A stretch of 64,000 nt of DNA from Ginglymostoma cirratum (taxonomy: Eukaryota), in contig JAHRHZ010000082.1 of assembly GCA_024137785.1 (NCBI GenBank), positions 4,248,951-4,312,950 on the forward strand, given 5' to 3'. The translations under genes and the position numbers were made by a program. Shown here one piece after another: positions 13,796 to 26,149 of this stretch. How positions within the stretch are numbered: position 1 is the first letter of the stretch; every line of letters begins with the position of its first letter. A model generated the notes under the pieces. That model did no database searches. It was not told where the DNA came from and saw only the letters and a program-made list of their open reading frames with translations.

Positions 13796-14834
13796 GAAAG
13801 ATTGAGCCATTAGTCACACTGTCAGGAAGTGCTGCCCTGACAACTCCATTTGGATCTGGCATCACAGACAAGAAGCCCAAGGGCAAATCCAGCCCAAAAT
13901 GTCCCAGAACCAATTTGGCTGAAAGCATTTCTGTAGAATGAGTTGCTTTTATATTTCATTTATTTAAGTGGTGAAGTAAATGTGTAGAATTTCCTATGGT
14001 CAGCAAATGGTGAGATCCAGTATAATCATCAGGAACCAATGGTCTGATTACTAAGTGCAATATAACCTGAGCTATAAACATGTCATCAATTGTAGGCAGC
14101 TTCCTCAGCAAAATTCATAACTAGCATATTGTTAATGCTCATCTTTTTATTGTTTATCTAGAAGCATCACTGTAACACCTCAGTAGTCACTAAGCAGTAT
14201 TAGCAAATATTTGAACCTTGCCAAATACTTGTATCACTTTAATGGGTGGAGTTAACACGTTATTTATTGTAATTTTGCATTTGATTACATTTTTTAATCC
14301 TCTTCTATATTAGACTAGCTTAGTTAAAATGCATTTCTCCCTTTTATCCAGAATATTGGCCCACGTTGTACTTGCAGCTCAATTAATTTTGTATCAAGGG
14401 AATAAAATTCAGACAGAAGATTGATGGTCAGTTGGTATAACTTCCCATGAGAGCCATAGAGACGAAAGTATAAACATTTTGCTTTAGATGGATGGCATTG
14501 CGATAGTTACAGTATCAGTCTAGAGTCTGAAAGTTCCACTGCTAGAGCTTGAAAATAAATGCAAGAATGGCTCCCAGCCAACACAATGTAAAATTCCAAA
14601 AGAATGAAAATAGAATGCAAAATGTAGCACAGTGTAAACTTCCTATGTGAATGATAAAGAAGGAATCTAAAGTCTACCTAACCATAACCCAAAACTCATG
14701 AAAATTGACAATATTCTTGGACAATTATTTGAATGACGAATATTTCCATTTTTCCCTTTACATTATTCCAACAAGTAAATGCATTATATTGTTGTTACTG
14801 TGACCCAGCAATTTCTTCCTTCCCAATAATCCCC

Positions 14835-16290
14835 ATTAAGATTCATAGGATTGGGGATAGTATTCTGGCACGGAATGAGGAATGGTTAACAGGCAGACGG
14901 CAGACAGTCAGAATAATGGGTGATTCTCGGGTTGACAGGCTGTGACCAGTCAGGTAATACAAGGATCAGTGCAAGGCTGGTACACCAAATGTTCTCATTC
15001 TAAATTGATGGTTTGGATGTTTCTTTATACTCCTATGGGATGTGGGCATCACTAGCAAGACAGACATTTTTTGCCCACTCCTTTTCCATGAATTGATTAG
15101 CTCACCAGGTCATTACAGAAGGCTGTAAAGAGTTAACTACTTTGCCGTTAAATTGGAGTTACATGTAGACTAGACTGGGTAATGATGACAGATTTGCTTC
15201 CTAAAAGTAGACTAGTGAATCAAATTGGTTCCTACAACAAATAACAATGGTTATTTAGTCCTCATTAGATGAGGCTTTAATTCCAGGTTTTTTACTACTA
15301 AATCCAAATTTCAGAGTGAACATTAGACCGGGGTTCACATTACCATTACCACTATTTAGTACTATGCCATCATCTCCACCTTTTTGATTTATAATGTATC
15401 TATATTTCCAAGCTTGAAGATGATATAAAATTTGGTGGAATGTGAGTTGCGAGGAGAATACCAAGAGGTTTCTAGGGGATTTAGACAGGCTGAGTGAATG
15501 TTCAAGAGCATGACAGATGGAGTGTAATGTGGATAATTCAGAGCTTATCCTCCTTGGTAGGTGGAACAGAGCTGCAATGTATTCCTTATATGGTGACAGA
15601 CCAGAATGTGTTGACGTCCAAAAGGAGCTGGATGTCCTTGCCCATAAGTCACAGAATGCTAGTGCGAGTACGCAGCAACCAATTTGGAAGGCAAATGATA
15701 TTTCAGCCTTTATCACCAGATAATTTGAGGACGGGACAAAGAAATCTTGCTTCAATTGTATAGAACACTGCTAAGACCACTCCTGAAGTACGGTGCGCAG
15801 AATGGTCCCCTTGCCTAAGGGACAATATTCTTGTGGTAAATGGAGTGCAACAAAAGTTCATTGGACTGATTTTTAGGATGGTTAAATGTATATGAGGAGA
15901 ACCTGAGAAGACTGGGCCTGTATTCTCCGGAGTTTAGAATAAGAGGTTGATCTCATAGGAATATACAAAATTCTTCAATGGATTTACAGAATAGATGTGA
16001 AAAAGTTTTTTTTTTCACATAGCTGTGGGGTTTGAGGACCCAGGGACACGCTCTATGAATAAAAGGTATGTGTTCAAGAATGAGATGAGAAGGAACTTCT
16101 TCACTCAGAGGCCAGTGATTTTTTTGAAATACTCTACCCTAGAGTGATGTAGAAGCTCAATACAGAAGAAAAACGATATCTAGTTACAAATAACACCAAG
16201 AGATATGGGAATAGTGTGGGAATATGGTGTTGAGGTCAATTATCAGCCAAAGTGGTGGAGCAGGCTTGATGGGCTGAATGGCCTACTGTT
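14835..16290 (+). mobile_element. Degenerate CR1 LINE (RT to 3' UTR), interrupted by a SINE
   Basis: Relics of WLTGRRQ.V, QGSV.G, DD.K.GG and L.KTL.RP.L.Y motifs. 3' end GGGCTGAATGGCCTACT. Confidence 0.8.
15020..15380 (-). mobile_element. tRNA-derived shark SINE
   Basis: Similar along its length to 52520-52935 (GCAGATTT.CTTCC, GCTTT.AATTCCAG). Inserted into the CR1. Confidence 0.65.
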
Positions 16291-16309
16291 GCTCATACGT
16301 TGTCATGTC

Positions 16310-16890
16310 TTCAGTTGTCCATTTGTGTCATTTTAATGGACAACATGATTGAGGCTGACATGCTGGCTTTTATATGACTTTCTTAGTTATTCCAGTGCTA
16401 TATTTGATAGTCTCCCACTCTCTATTAACTTCAGCTAATTCACAAATCTGTTGTTATATTCTGTGTCACAACCAAATATCTTTGCTTGTCAATCCTATCT
16501 ACCCTGGCCTCCATTGGCTTGAAGCACTCCAGTACCTCAAATTTCATTCTCACTCTTAAGTTTAAAACCTTCCATGGCCACACAACTTACTGTTTTTGGG
16601 ATATTCTCCATACCTTCAATTCCGCCACCTCAGTTAGAATTTTCCATATCCTTGATTGTGGCCTTTTTTAAAAACTTACTTTCTTGCACTATCCCATTAT
16701 CCAATTCTAAATGCATCTGCCTTTAAGTCTCTGTTTTAAAACCGGTCTCCTTAATTAAGACACAGCTGACCCCTGGTAACCTAACCTTTCGTCTGGCAAC
16801 TAGTCTTCATTGCAACACTATATACAAATCATATAGGGATATTTTCCACATTAAAGGTCCTGTATAGATAGATACAAGTTCTTAATACTG
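16310..16890 (+). mobile_element. L2 LINE 3' fragment
   Basis: PGLHWL...LKF / FILTLKFKTFHG resembles the L2 ORF2 C-terminal LHWLP...FK.L.L.FK.LHG. L2-like tail TTAAAGG...TATA...CAAGTT. Confidence 0.6.
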
Positions 16891-16954
16891 TTGTACAGAC
16901 AACTGGCCTGTCAGTCTTTTCTGTGCAGTCTTAATTAAACTTGATCAAGTACAT

Positions 16955-17169
16955 AAGAACATCAGAAATAGGAGCAGGAGTAGGTCATTGAGACCCTCAA
17001 GTCTGCCTTGCCATTTTGTAAGACCATGATTGATCTGCCCCAGGCCTCAACTCCTCTTTTATGCCAGATCCTCATAGCCATCAACTACTCAATATTTCAA
17101 AATCTATCCACTGCATGTTTAAATACTTTCTGTGATCCAGCATCAAGAACGCTTTCAGGTAGAGAATTT
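16955..17169 (-). mobile_element. CR1 3'-end fragment
   Basis: AAGAACAT.AGAAATAGGAGCAGGAGTAGG... is the reverse complement of a CR1 3' UTR. Confidence 0.75.
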
Positions 17170-17265
17170 CTGATGAAGGGTTTAGGCCCGAAATGTCAAG
17201 TTTTCCTGCTCCTATGATGCTGCTTGACCTGCTGTGTTCATCCAGCCCCATGCTTGTTATCTCAA
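17170..17265 (+). mobile_element. Penelope-derived subfamily A arm beginning with a complete hammerhead ribozyme core
   Basis: CTGATGA-A-GGGT-TTAG-GCCC-GAAA-TGTC at 17170-17197, followed by the subfamily A arm. Confidence 0.75.
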
Positions 17266-17957
17266 ATATGCAAATATTTTACTTTTAACTGCACACCAAA
17301 ATATTGGCTTCAGATACATGGTTCAATTTAACCTTTCTCTTGATGTTAAACATCAGTACAAAAGAATATTATTATTTGGAAGTCCTTCATAATCCTTGCC
17401 TAAATAAACAATATCTAACTAACAGTTGTGGATCAGTTGTATAGAATACATCAAACAATATTTGAAAGCTACAAAACTGCCCTGAGAGCCTTGGTTCCAA
17501 TTCTGGGTCTTTTTTGCCAGTATATACACAAAACACGAACAATAACAGACTGTAGAAGTTCTGTGCAATGCTACCAAATTCAGCATATCGCTTGTTGCAT
17601 TCATCTAGGAATACGATCTATGAAAATGATTTGAGGTGGGTGAGCCTGACTTGCAACTGTCAAGGGATTTTTTATGTCTGGAGTTTGGGAGGGAAGTAAA
17701 TAAGTAAGTTAATTGCCACGAAATGTTTATTATCAATCCAATTTTGCTGAGCTTGTACAAAATAATTTTATTTAGTTTTATTTAGAGTCAATGTGCACCC
17801 TTTCCCACTTGTTGGTTAATGAAGCCAATGATCAATAGTATTTGTAAATAAGAAGAAAGATCTTTCTTTCTTTTCATTATATCTGCGCTGTGTTATGTTA
17901 GAAGTGACAGTTTATGTCTCTGCACACATGGTCTTATGGTGCAAGGTGCTATTTAAT

Positions 17958-18255
17958 GAACATAGAATCCCTACAGTGTAGAAACAGGCCCTTTGGCCCA
18001 ACAAGTCCACACCAACCCTCAGAGTATCCCACCCAGACCCAGCTCCCCATAACCCATCTAATCTACACATGCCTGAACACTAAGGGCAATTTAGTATGGC
18101 CAATTCACCTAGCCTGGAGATCTTTGGACTGTGGGGGAAAACTGGAGCACCCGGAGGAAACCCCCGCAGACACAGGGAGAATGTGCAAACTCTACACAGA
18201 TAGTCACCCAAGGGTGTAATTGAACTCGGGTCCCTGGCACTGTGAGACAGCAGTA
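17958..18255 (-). mobile_element. HE1-type V-SINE
   Basis: V-domain GTGT.GAGTTTGCACATTCTCCCTGTGTCTGCG.GGGTTTCCTCCGGGTGCTCC on minus, tRNA-like head, CR1-derived tail. Confidence 0.9.
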
Positions 18256-18807
18256 AATTATGTAAACCATGGAGATCACAAGGACAATCATTTCTTTATG
18301 CTGAAGTACCTGGCTTCAGCCAACTCAACAGTGTGGCCACTGAAACTGATCACAAATAAAAAGTCAACTTAGTCCTCCATTCCTGATTTCTGTCCATTAA
18401 CTCTTGCAGGAAATGTGTCTTTGTGGTTGTTGGATTAAATTTGGAGGTGATGCTGCTCATCATGTACTGGAGCCTCACAGACACTTTGATGTGATATTAG
18501 GTAGTTGCTACTGCCCAGGGAACATGTGTCTGTTCATACTTCAAGAGACAACAGGCGGAAAAGTTGGAGGAGAGAAATTAGAGCTTTTACATTCTTTGAG
18601 ATTTGGTCTCTATGCATATGCAGTCTGTTTTTATTCATGTGATGCATGTGGAAGTGCGCAAGGAGATAATAGGAATGTAGTTGGACAGGTTCTATAACAA
18701 GTCTGTGATCCTCTTTGCCACTTTACAACTCCAGCAGTGAAGGTGAAAATTACAGCTTTCCCTTTCTGATATTAATCAGTCAGTACGGTGAAAGGACTAA
18801 AACAATA

Positions 18808-18980
18808 AACTGGAGATCTGAAATAAAAACAGAAATTGCTGGAGAAACTCAGCAGGCCTGGCAACATCTGCTGGGAGAAAGCAGTTGGTAATGTTTTGAG
18901 TCTGGTGACTGATGAAGAGTAACCAAACTCAGAACATTAACTCTGCTTTGTCCCCACAGATGGTGCCAGGCCTGCTGAGC
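18808..18980. mobile_element. Palindromic Penelope-derived element (subfamily B), degenerate hammerhead core
   Basis: Inverted arms CTCAGCAGGCCTGGCA / TGCCAGGCCTGCTGAG. Centre CTGATGA-A-GAGT...ACTC at 18909, with GAAA mutated to AGAA. Confidence 0.7.
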
Positions 18981-19299
18981 AGTGAAAAGAAGCTGAATTC
19001 ATCAACACAGATAACAGCAATGATTTTCTCAACCTCATCGCTTATGATTCTCTTTCACTCCCAGTTTGTTCACACTGTCTCTCATACTTTCTCCCTCATT
19101 CATGGATTCCTCAAACACCCTGTTTATACACAGTCACTAAAATCACAAATTCCTATACTCTACTCTTCTATGACCTCCTAAAGATTTGCTGTCTCTATCA
19201 TGCTCCTGAAATTTTTTCATTATGAATTTCTATGACTGCATTGATAAGGTCTTTTGTACTTCGTTCAAATCTTGTACTTCTATTCTTAAAAATAGAAAT

Positions 19300-19455
19300 T
19301 ATAACATTTAAAAAACACTTGGACAGGCACATGAATAGGAAAGGTTTAGAGGGATATAGGCCAAATGCAGGCAAATGGGACTAGTTTTGTTTGAGAAACT
19401 TGATCGGCATGGACAAGTTGGACCAAAGGGTCTGCTTCCGTGCTGTATGAGTCTG
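19300..19455 (+). mobile_element. CR1 3'-end fragment
   Basis: TFK.HLD.HMNRKGLEGY C-terminus and 3' UTR. Confidence 0.8.
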
Positions 19456-20261
19456 AGAACAGAAACAATCTATGTAAACGTGTTGTGTTGTAATTTCCTT
19501 TTACTGCCAGTGGAGGCACTGCAGTACTGTTTCTGGCAAGAAGATGCATTTACTGGGTGACAAGTTTAAATAAGCAGCTTCCATTTTCAACATGGCCATA
19601 GAAATTTATAATTAGAATATAGAAATAAGGAGAGAATGGATCATTTCAAAATAGGATCTACATTACATCTGCATTCAACAGTCCGAATGTACATTGGCAT
19701 CTTACCTCACTTGACCTGAGACTACACTTGAGTTGACTTATTTACACCAACACAAGTACTTCACTAGAATTTGCAAATTATTCCAAGATTTTACTGACAT
19801 AATTGAAAATATGCCAACTCATTTCTGCAACCTGACTTATTTTCATAACAACAGCTAGTATGTGTTCAGACTAGGTGATAACAATCACTCACAGACTTGT
19901 AGTTTGTCAAAAAAAATCTTATTCCAACTTTTATCACAGTTAAGCAAACAATTGAGTGAAAGCTAAAGAAAACATAAGGTGGTGTGAAGCATACATCAGG
20001 CAGACCTTGGATAAGCTGCACACTCCACCTGTCAGGGGCCCCATTCTTGTGGTCAGACCTCATTAATGTATAATTGCTGAGCTTCCAGCATTTACCAGCC
20101 TTCCAATAGACAGCTTGCTGATTGGGAGGGTGAGAAATCTGGCAGATAGCCATTACAGAGAGGTACCTAGCAGCTTCTTAAAGGGGAGGTGTATTTTTCA
20201 ACAATGGTGAGTAGAGTGAAATTTTCTGAAGCAGCGGTAGCATAACTTTATGTTCCTGTAA

Positions 20262-20402
20262 TGTTTTGTTAAGCAAAGGTATTAAGAGATACTGGCCAAA
20301 GGCAGGTATGTGGTGTTAGGCCACAGATCAGCCGTAATCTTGTCGAATGGCAGAACAGGCTCATGGGGCTGACTGATCTATCCCTGTTCCTATTTTCCTA
20401 TG
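20262..20402 (+). mobile_element. CR1 3'-end fragment
   Basis: AGATCAGCC...GAATGGCAGAACAGGCTC...CCTGTTCCTAT 3' UTR. Confidence 0.7.
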
Positions 20403-21132
20403 TGCCCTCTGTTCCTATCTTCCTTCAGGACTGTGAAGATCATCTAATGCTTCTATGTAGGTGCTCAGAGGACATATGCAAATATTCAAACTGATTTGTT
20501 TGTAATGCTGAAGTGAAGTGCCTGAAGACACCGATAGCACGAGCATTGTTTTCAAGACATAGAGAAAAACATGACCTCACCAGAACTGCCAAATGCAAGC
20601 CCATTCCCCTTCCCATTTCTCTTACACTCTATGTAGCCCTACCGTGCTGACTTCAGTCCCAATACCATTAAGCCTTTCCTCCCAACTGCCTTCCCTTGCT
20701 CTTCTTGAATTCACACTCTCAAGGGCTGCATAATGTCCTGATGAACTCTTGTCTCTTTGGCTATACTTACACATTCTTCCTGTCATAATGTTACAGTGAT
20801 AAGCTGCTTCAGACGTCTTCAAAACTCTTTAGCAGGTTCAACACGTTCTTCTTGTAGAAAGGAGAATCAAAGAGCTATGCACATTCTGAGAAAATGGACC
20901 ATGTGGTACTAACAGCAAGAAGGCAATGGTCAAATTTCCCTTCACTTTGTATTTCTAAGTAACATTCTCATATATTTTGCATAAAAACCAATTATTACAC
21001 ATCAGATACTGATTACCTTTGCCATTATCTCATAACCTTTGTTCCTCTCCTGATTCTTTTTTGCAATCAAATGCCTCAGAAGTTCTAGGGTCACTGCATG
21101 AGGAGAAGAAACCTTCCAAGGTTACACCATTA

Positions 21133-21300
21133 CATAGAATTAGAATTCCTACAGTGTGGAAACAGGCCCTTTGGCCCAACAAGTCCACACCGACCCTTGG
21201 AGCGTCCCATCCAGACCCATCCCCCGATAACCCACACACCCCTGAACACTATGGGCAATTTAGCATGGCCAATCCACCTAGCCTGCACATCTTTGGACAT
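21133..21300 (-). mobile_element. 5'-truncated HE1-type SINE
   Basis: Closely similar to 17958-18130. Confidence 0.85.
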
Positions 21301-22025
21301 GATCTCACACTCACAAATATCAGTATAGAATTAGCACTTTGCATGATAGAGCTTGGGTCATGTGCATTGGGTCATTCACTGAAGTAAAAGCAGATGAAAA
21401 GGATGGCCCAGGAAACAGCTCATAGGGAGCATCCTCATACAGCAGCTTATCAGAACAAAACAATGACACAGAGTCTGGATACCCAATATGAAAACGAAAT
21501 AAGTTTTGTGTGCACCAACAATTGTTCAATGCCCTAGACTGTCTGCTGGGCAGTTTGTAGAATATGTAGGATATTCTGAAGGAATACACTATTGGGATTC
21601 TGGCATATTACAGCTAAATTTCAGCCAATCAGAAAGAGAGTGATCACCTCAATAGACACTATAAAAGTAATCTCATTTCTCAGAAATGCATCTGACAGGA
21701 GCGCACGTTGTAGATTCCCTGACACTGCTTCACCTTGGATAGGCTGGGAGTTCAAATTAATATGGACTTGAATTGGATCATGCGAGTCTTACAGTTTGTT
21801 TTCTCAGTGATCAATAGAAATAATGCTAATTCACAGATAAACAGAACGAGCAGTTATGCATTGAGAAGGAAACTTGTTGGTATCTCTCAAACTAACACCA
21901 CATCTGCACACTCACTCAAGCAGAATGACAGCCCATGCTTGGTTTCAGAAAGCCAGTAGCATCAATGACAATGGCTGCGTTGTTTTTGTTGTTGCCTCAT
22001 GACTCATCACCTCAAGGTTGCTGAC

Positions 22026-22575
22026 CATAGAGTCATAGAGTCATAGAGTCATAGGGCATGGAAACAGGCTCTTTGGTCCAACCAGTCCATGCCAAACATA
22101 ATCCTGAAACAAACTAGTCCCATCCTTCCAAACCTTTCCAATCCATGTATCTATCCAAATGTCTTTTAAACACTGTACCCAAATTGTACATACATCCACC
22201 ACTTCCTCAGGAAGTTCATTCCAATTGTGAGCTGCACTCTGTAAAAAATTTGCCTCTCATGTCTTTTTTAAATTTCTCTCCTCTCACCTTAAAAATGTGC
22301 CCCCTAGTCTTGAAATCCCCCTTCCTAGGAAAAAGACAGCTACCATTAACTCTAACTCTCATTATTTTATAAACTGTTATCAGGTCAGCACTCAACCTCC
22401 TACGCTCCAGTTGAAAAAAGTCCCAGCCTATCCAGCCTTTCTTTATAACTCAAATCTTTCATACCCAGCAACATCCTGGTAAATCTCTTCTGAACCCTCT
22501 CCAACATGATAATATCCTTTCAATAACTGGGCAACCAGAACTGGACAGTATTCCAGAAGAAGCCTCACCAATGTC
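22026..22575 (-). mobile_element. CR1 3' fragment with (CATAGAGT)n tail
   Basis: TLVRLLLEYC motif. Tandem CATAGAGT repeats at 22026-22054. Confidence 0.88.
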
Positions 22576-22929
22576 CACTGCCAGCTTAAGGGGCTTTGGG
22601 TGAACCACAACAGTCTTCCACCACTAATGCTGAAGACACTGATGTAGCACTTTATGAACCACACATACAGGTAAGAGAGCACTTATGGCAGAGAATAGAA
22701 CCTCACATCAGAATAACAATTATGTTATTTTGTTTTTTCTGAGCCTTTAAAACTATAAGCTATTTTGAATTTTTTTGTGCAATGAGTCTTCCTTTAATAG
22801 CTGTCAAAATGTTAGTTGATATAAATGCCAACGATAATGGTAAGGACAGGAAAACTGGGAGAGTTAAAGGCATGACTATTAATGAAAGGGAGATGGGATT
22901 TTTCAGCCAAAATACTCCTCCATCAGTGC

Positions 22930-24449
22930 TCCTGACGACCTCTGACAGTAAACATTGAACTCTTCCCTTCCTCATCATCTATTAAATTAACAATGTCCTC
23001 TTCCTCAATGGGCTCAAAGGGCTTTTCTATTGATGACTCCATTGCGAAGCAAACCTATGTAGCGCATGTAAACTTCAATCTTACAGGATACTCTTTGCAA
23101 GATGTGGCATAGCTGTCATTCAATGAAATTATTTGAGGCTCCAATGGTCTGAGCAGTGAAGACTCCAGTTAAGCCATGAAGCTGACTGTAGTGCAGTTAA
23201 GGGTGAGCTCCTGAAAGTACTCAAGTAATCCTTATCTTCAATCAGCCAGTGCCTCACTTGCTCTGCAGGAGTGAAGAGTGGGAAATGAAGAATATCTCCA
23301 ACATAAATGCATCCACCACCTACTCTATACAAGCAGCAACTGCAGGTTGGCTGATATTATTTATATATCCTATGACAGCCTGGAAAGTATGTTCATCAAA
23401 GAAGTTCTGGACTCCAGTGGTTGTGGTTGCACTGATTAATGCTGTTTTGGCTCTGGCAGCTTTTACAAAACTTGTTGACAGTAAGTGCAACAACTCTATG
23501 ACAGTATCCCCAGGGAAAAACAACGTTTCCTCCAGCGTTAATCCTAAGGGAACTGCAGGTATGTTGTCCTGGATTGATAGCCTGTGTGGGAAGGGGGAGG
23601 ATTCTGTTTGTTCACCATGCAGCTGCAACTCTAATTATATCTCCTTCCTCTGGCCAGAATAGAATTGCCAGAAGGACCACCATGAAGAACAAAGTGTATT
23701 TCCAGTTTCCTTAAGTGATCAAAATATTCTACAGCTACTTTTTAACAGTAAAAGGAGCCAAAGAAACATAACAATATAAAACATCCCTGAAACATCTTCA
23801 GTGCTGGTCTTGAAAGGTGCTGAGGATCTGTTTAAATCCCATTGAAAATGGGTAGATTCCAAATTGTGCCACCCATGGCTTGTGGGCTGTATCATAATGA
23901 ACAAAGACAAAACTTACTTGAGATCTTGACAAGGTAATTTACTCTGATTAACAAATATCAGCTTCCTGTCTGTTTTGGGCAGGAACCATCTACATTAAGA
24001 CCGACCCAAAAGACAGATTGAAAGTCAACTGGAAGCTGTAGCTTGGCAGGTCTACACTCCGTGTGATTTCTATCTATCATCATCTCATTTTCACTGTAAA
24101 CTAAATCTGGATTTTTCTTTGACTTGCAGTAAAATGAAACTGAAGGCAAATGTTCTTGTTCCCCAGAAAATATTCAGCAGAAAACAAGTTCTGTTGAATC
24201 TATCTTTTAACTGAGAGGTCAAATATGATGTTTTGAGTTAAATGAGAGAGTTTCTGCTCACCAGCTTAATCATTCCATAATCATGAACCCTGGAGAAAGA
24301 AGGTCTACAAGTCAGAAGCTGGGTACATTGTGCCTCAGCATCACACAAAGGATTCTACACAACTTTATGAGGATGAAGCCTCTGCCTTCACCTTAGAAGG
24401 TAAGTTGTGTAAATCTAATGAAAGGTGGCTCATGAGCACAAAGTACATA
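22930..24449 (-). pseudogene. Candidate endogenous bornavirus-like nucleoprotein element (EBLN), heavily decayed
   Basis: Five colinear blocks resemble Borna disease virus N as recalled: PSF*LVDLLSPGF (24323-24285), VGLNVDGSCPKQTGS*YLLIR (24005-23943), KPWVAQF...F......FQDQ (23881-23804), [10 protein letters not shown]...RSSP...LQSA....WS (23278-23162), AQTI.......E*QL (23154-23110). Intronless, with stops and frameshifts. Not confirmed by search. Confidence 0.7.
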
Positions 24450-25297
24450 CAGTCGGTTCTGTTATAACGCGAATTGGCTATAAAGTGACTGATGAGTAGA
24501 GAAACGCTATTTCTAAAACATGAACTTGTGTTGACTATTACGTGATTTGAAGACTGGAGATTGAGGATGTTGAAGAGCTGCTTGACTCCCACCTCTCTAC
24601 AGCTGATCTACAGCAACTTGTCACTGAGAGAGAAGAAGAAGTTGGAGATGAAGAAGATGAAGTTCAGGATGCAGCATCATGAGAGCTTTCCACTTCCGTT
24701 TTGTCTTCTATCCTGAGGGAAATTGAGAAGCAATTACAGGTCTTAAAGGACAACGTTTACAATGCAGAATGCAGCAGGGTAGCAGTTCATGGAATAACAT
24801 TTTATGTGGCATCCTATGAACAGCTTCTTCATGAAAGAAGAAAAAGGGCAAAGTAGCAAAAACTGGATGTCTTTTTTAAGCCAACCCCCAATAAACAATC
24901 AGAAGACAACAGCCATCTGCTTCTGGATTAATTATTTTTCACCCTAACCCTGCAACCACAACTGCACCTGAAGGTGATGATGATGATGATGACCCTCAGT
25001 TCCTGCATTAACAACAGAGCAACATCAAAACCTCCTCCCCCATCAAGTCACATTGACATTCTTTCAACGTAAGGTGTTAAATTTACTTTTACTTCATTAT
25101 TAGATATGAATTAAACATTTATTCAAATTCTACTATCCTTTGTGTTTGGCTTTTGAGTGCTTCTTGAGCGATTTTGAGTGATATTTTTTGTGCCCCAACC
25201 CCACTTTTCCCATAGGCCCTGTTATTGCTATAGTGCAATTTTCTATAATGCCATGTTGTGCAGGAATGCAACTATCACGTTATAGCAGAACGGACTG
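24450..25297 (+). mobile_element. Internally deleted Tigger/pogo (Tc1-mariner superfamily) DNA transposon
   Basis: 23-bp TIRs CAGTCGGTTCTGTTATAACGCGA and (reverse complement) CAGTCCGTTCTGCTATAACGTGA, 20/23 identical. TA on both flanks (24448-49, 25298-99). Carries a pogo-like transposase C-terminus: EDVEELLDSH...LSTADLQQL...YEQLLHERRKRAK*QKLDVFFK. Confidence 0.9.
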
Positions 25298-26149
25298 TAA
25301 ATACATTACTTGCAACCTTAGCAGTGGACGTATTGCAGCAGAGGAATGTATCTCAGTAGAGTGCGCTACCTATAAATGGCAATAGAATAATGAATGTGGA
25401 GGCTTGGACCCAGATCAGAGCTAGTGGCCAAAATCTGTGAGCTGGCCAAAGAAAATTGGAAGCATAGGGCATTCCTTCACACTGCACTACCAGTACAGTA
25501 AAGGAAAAGTCTGCTGTCTAACACTACACAAGAAACCTACCAGACAGCCATACAAGGTATCTCAGGTGTCAACAGTTTTATTCTATTTCTCACCATTAGG
25601 GAGGGATCTTATGACATCTGTCACAAAACAGGACTCGTATAGTATCACAAAAGTACTCATTAGCAGAAACATCAATACACTTCAGATTGAGTGAAAGTAT
25701 TTTCTGACCCTTTTCTTCCAGCCAATTCAACAACTGAGCACTCATATTCTTTTGCATATTGTTATCTGTTTAGTTTTTGTTCTCTATTGAGTATGTTTTA
25801 TTTGTTTGGCTTTGGACAACAGGCACATTTTTCTGCTCAATGGAGGAAGAACAAACTGCAAGCTTTATTAAAAGTGAATTAATTTTATTCATCTAAGTGA
25901 TGCTACTGTTGTAGATTTTTAATGGGCTTTGTTGGTGAATTTGCCTCCAGTGTATCATTAATGTCTCTACATTGGTTGCGTATGTGTCCTACCTTGAGTC
26001 TCTCATAGTTGAACGAATGGCATTGCAGATACATGATCTACAGGGAATACAGAACCTCCACATGCATCTATGATTCACCTTGATGGATCTAGATCAGTGG
26101 CTAGGGTCGTTTTGTTATTTTGTGTGCTTGTGTTTTCCAGAAGCATTAC

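Noticed and set aside
23440-23540. Hepadnavirus core-like TLFFPGDTVIELL
   Set aside because: A single short match with no colinear support; the bornavirus N interpretation explains many more blocks.
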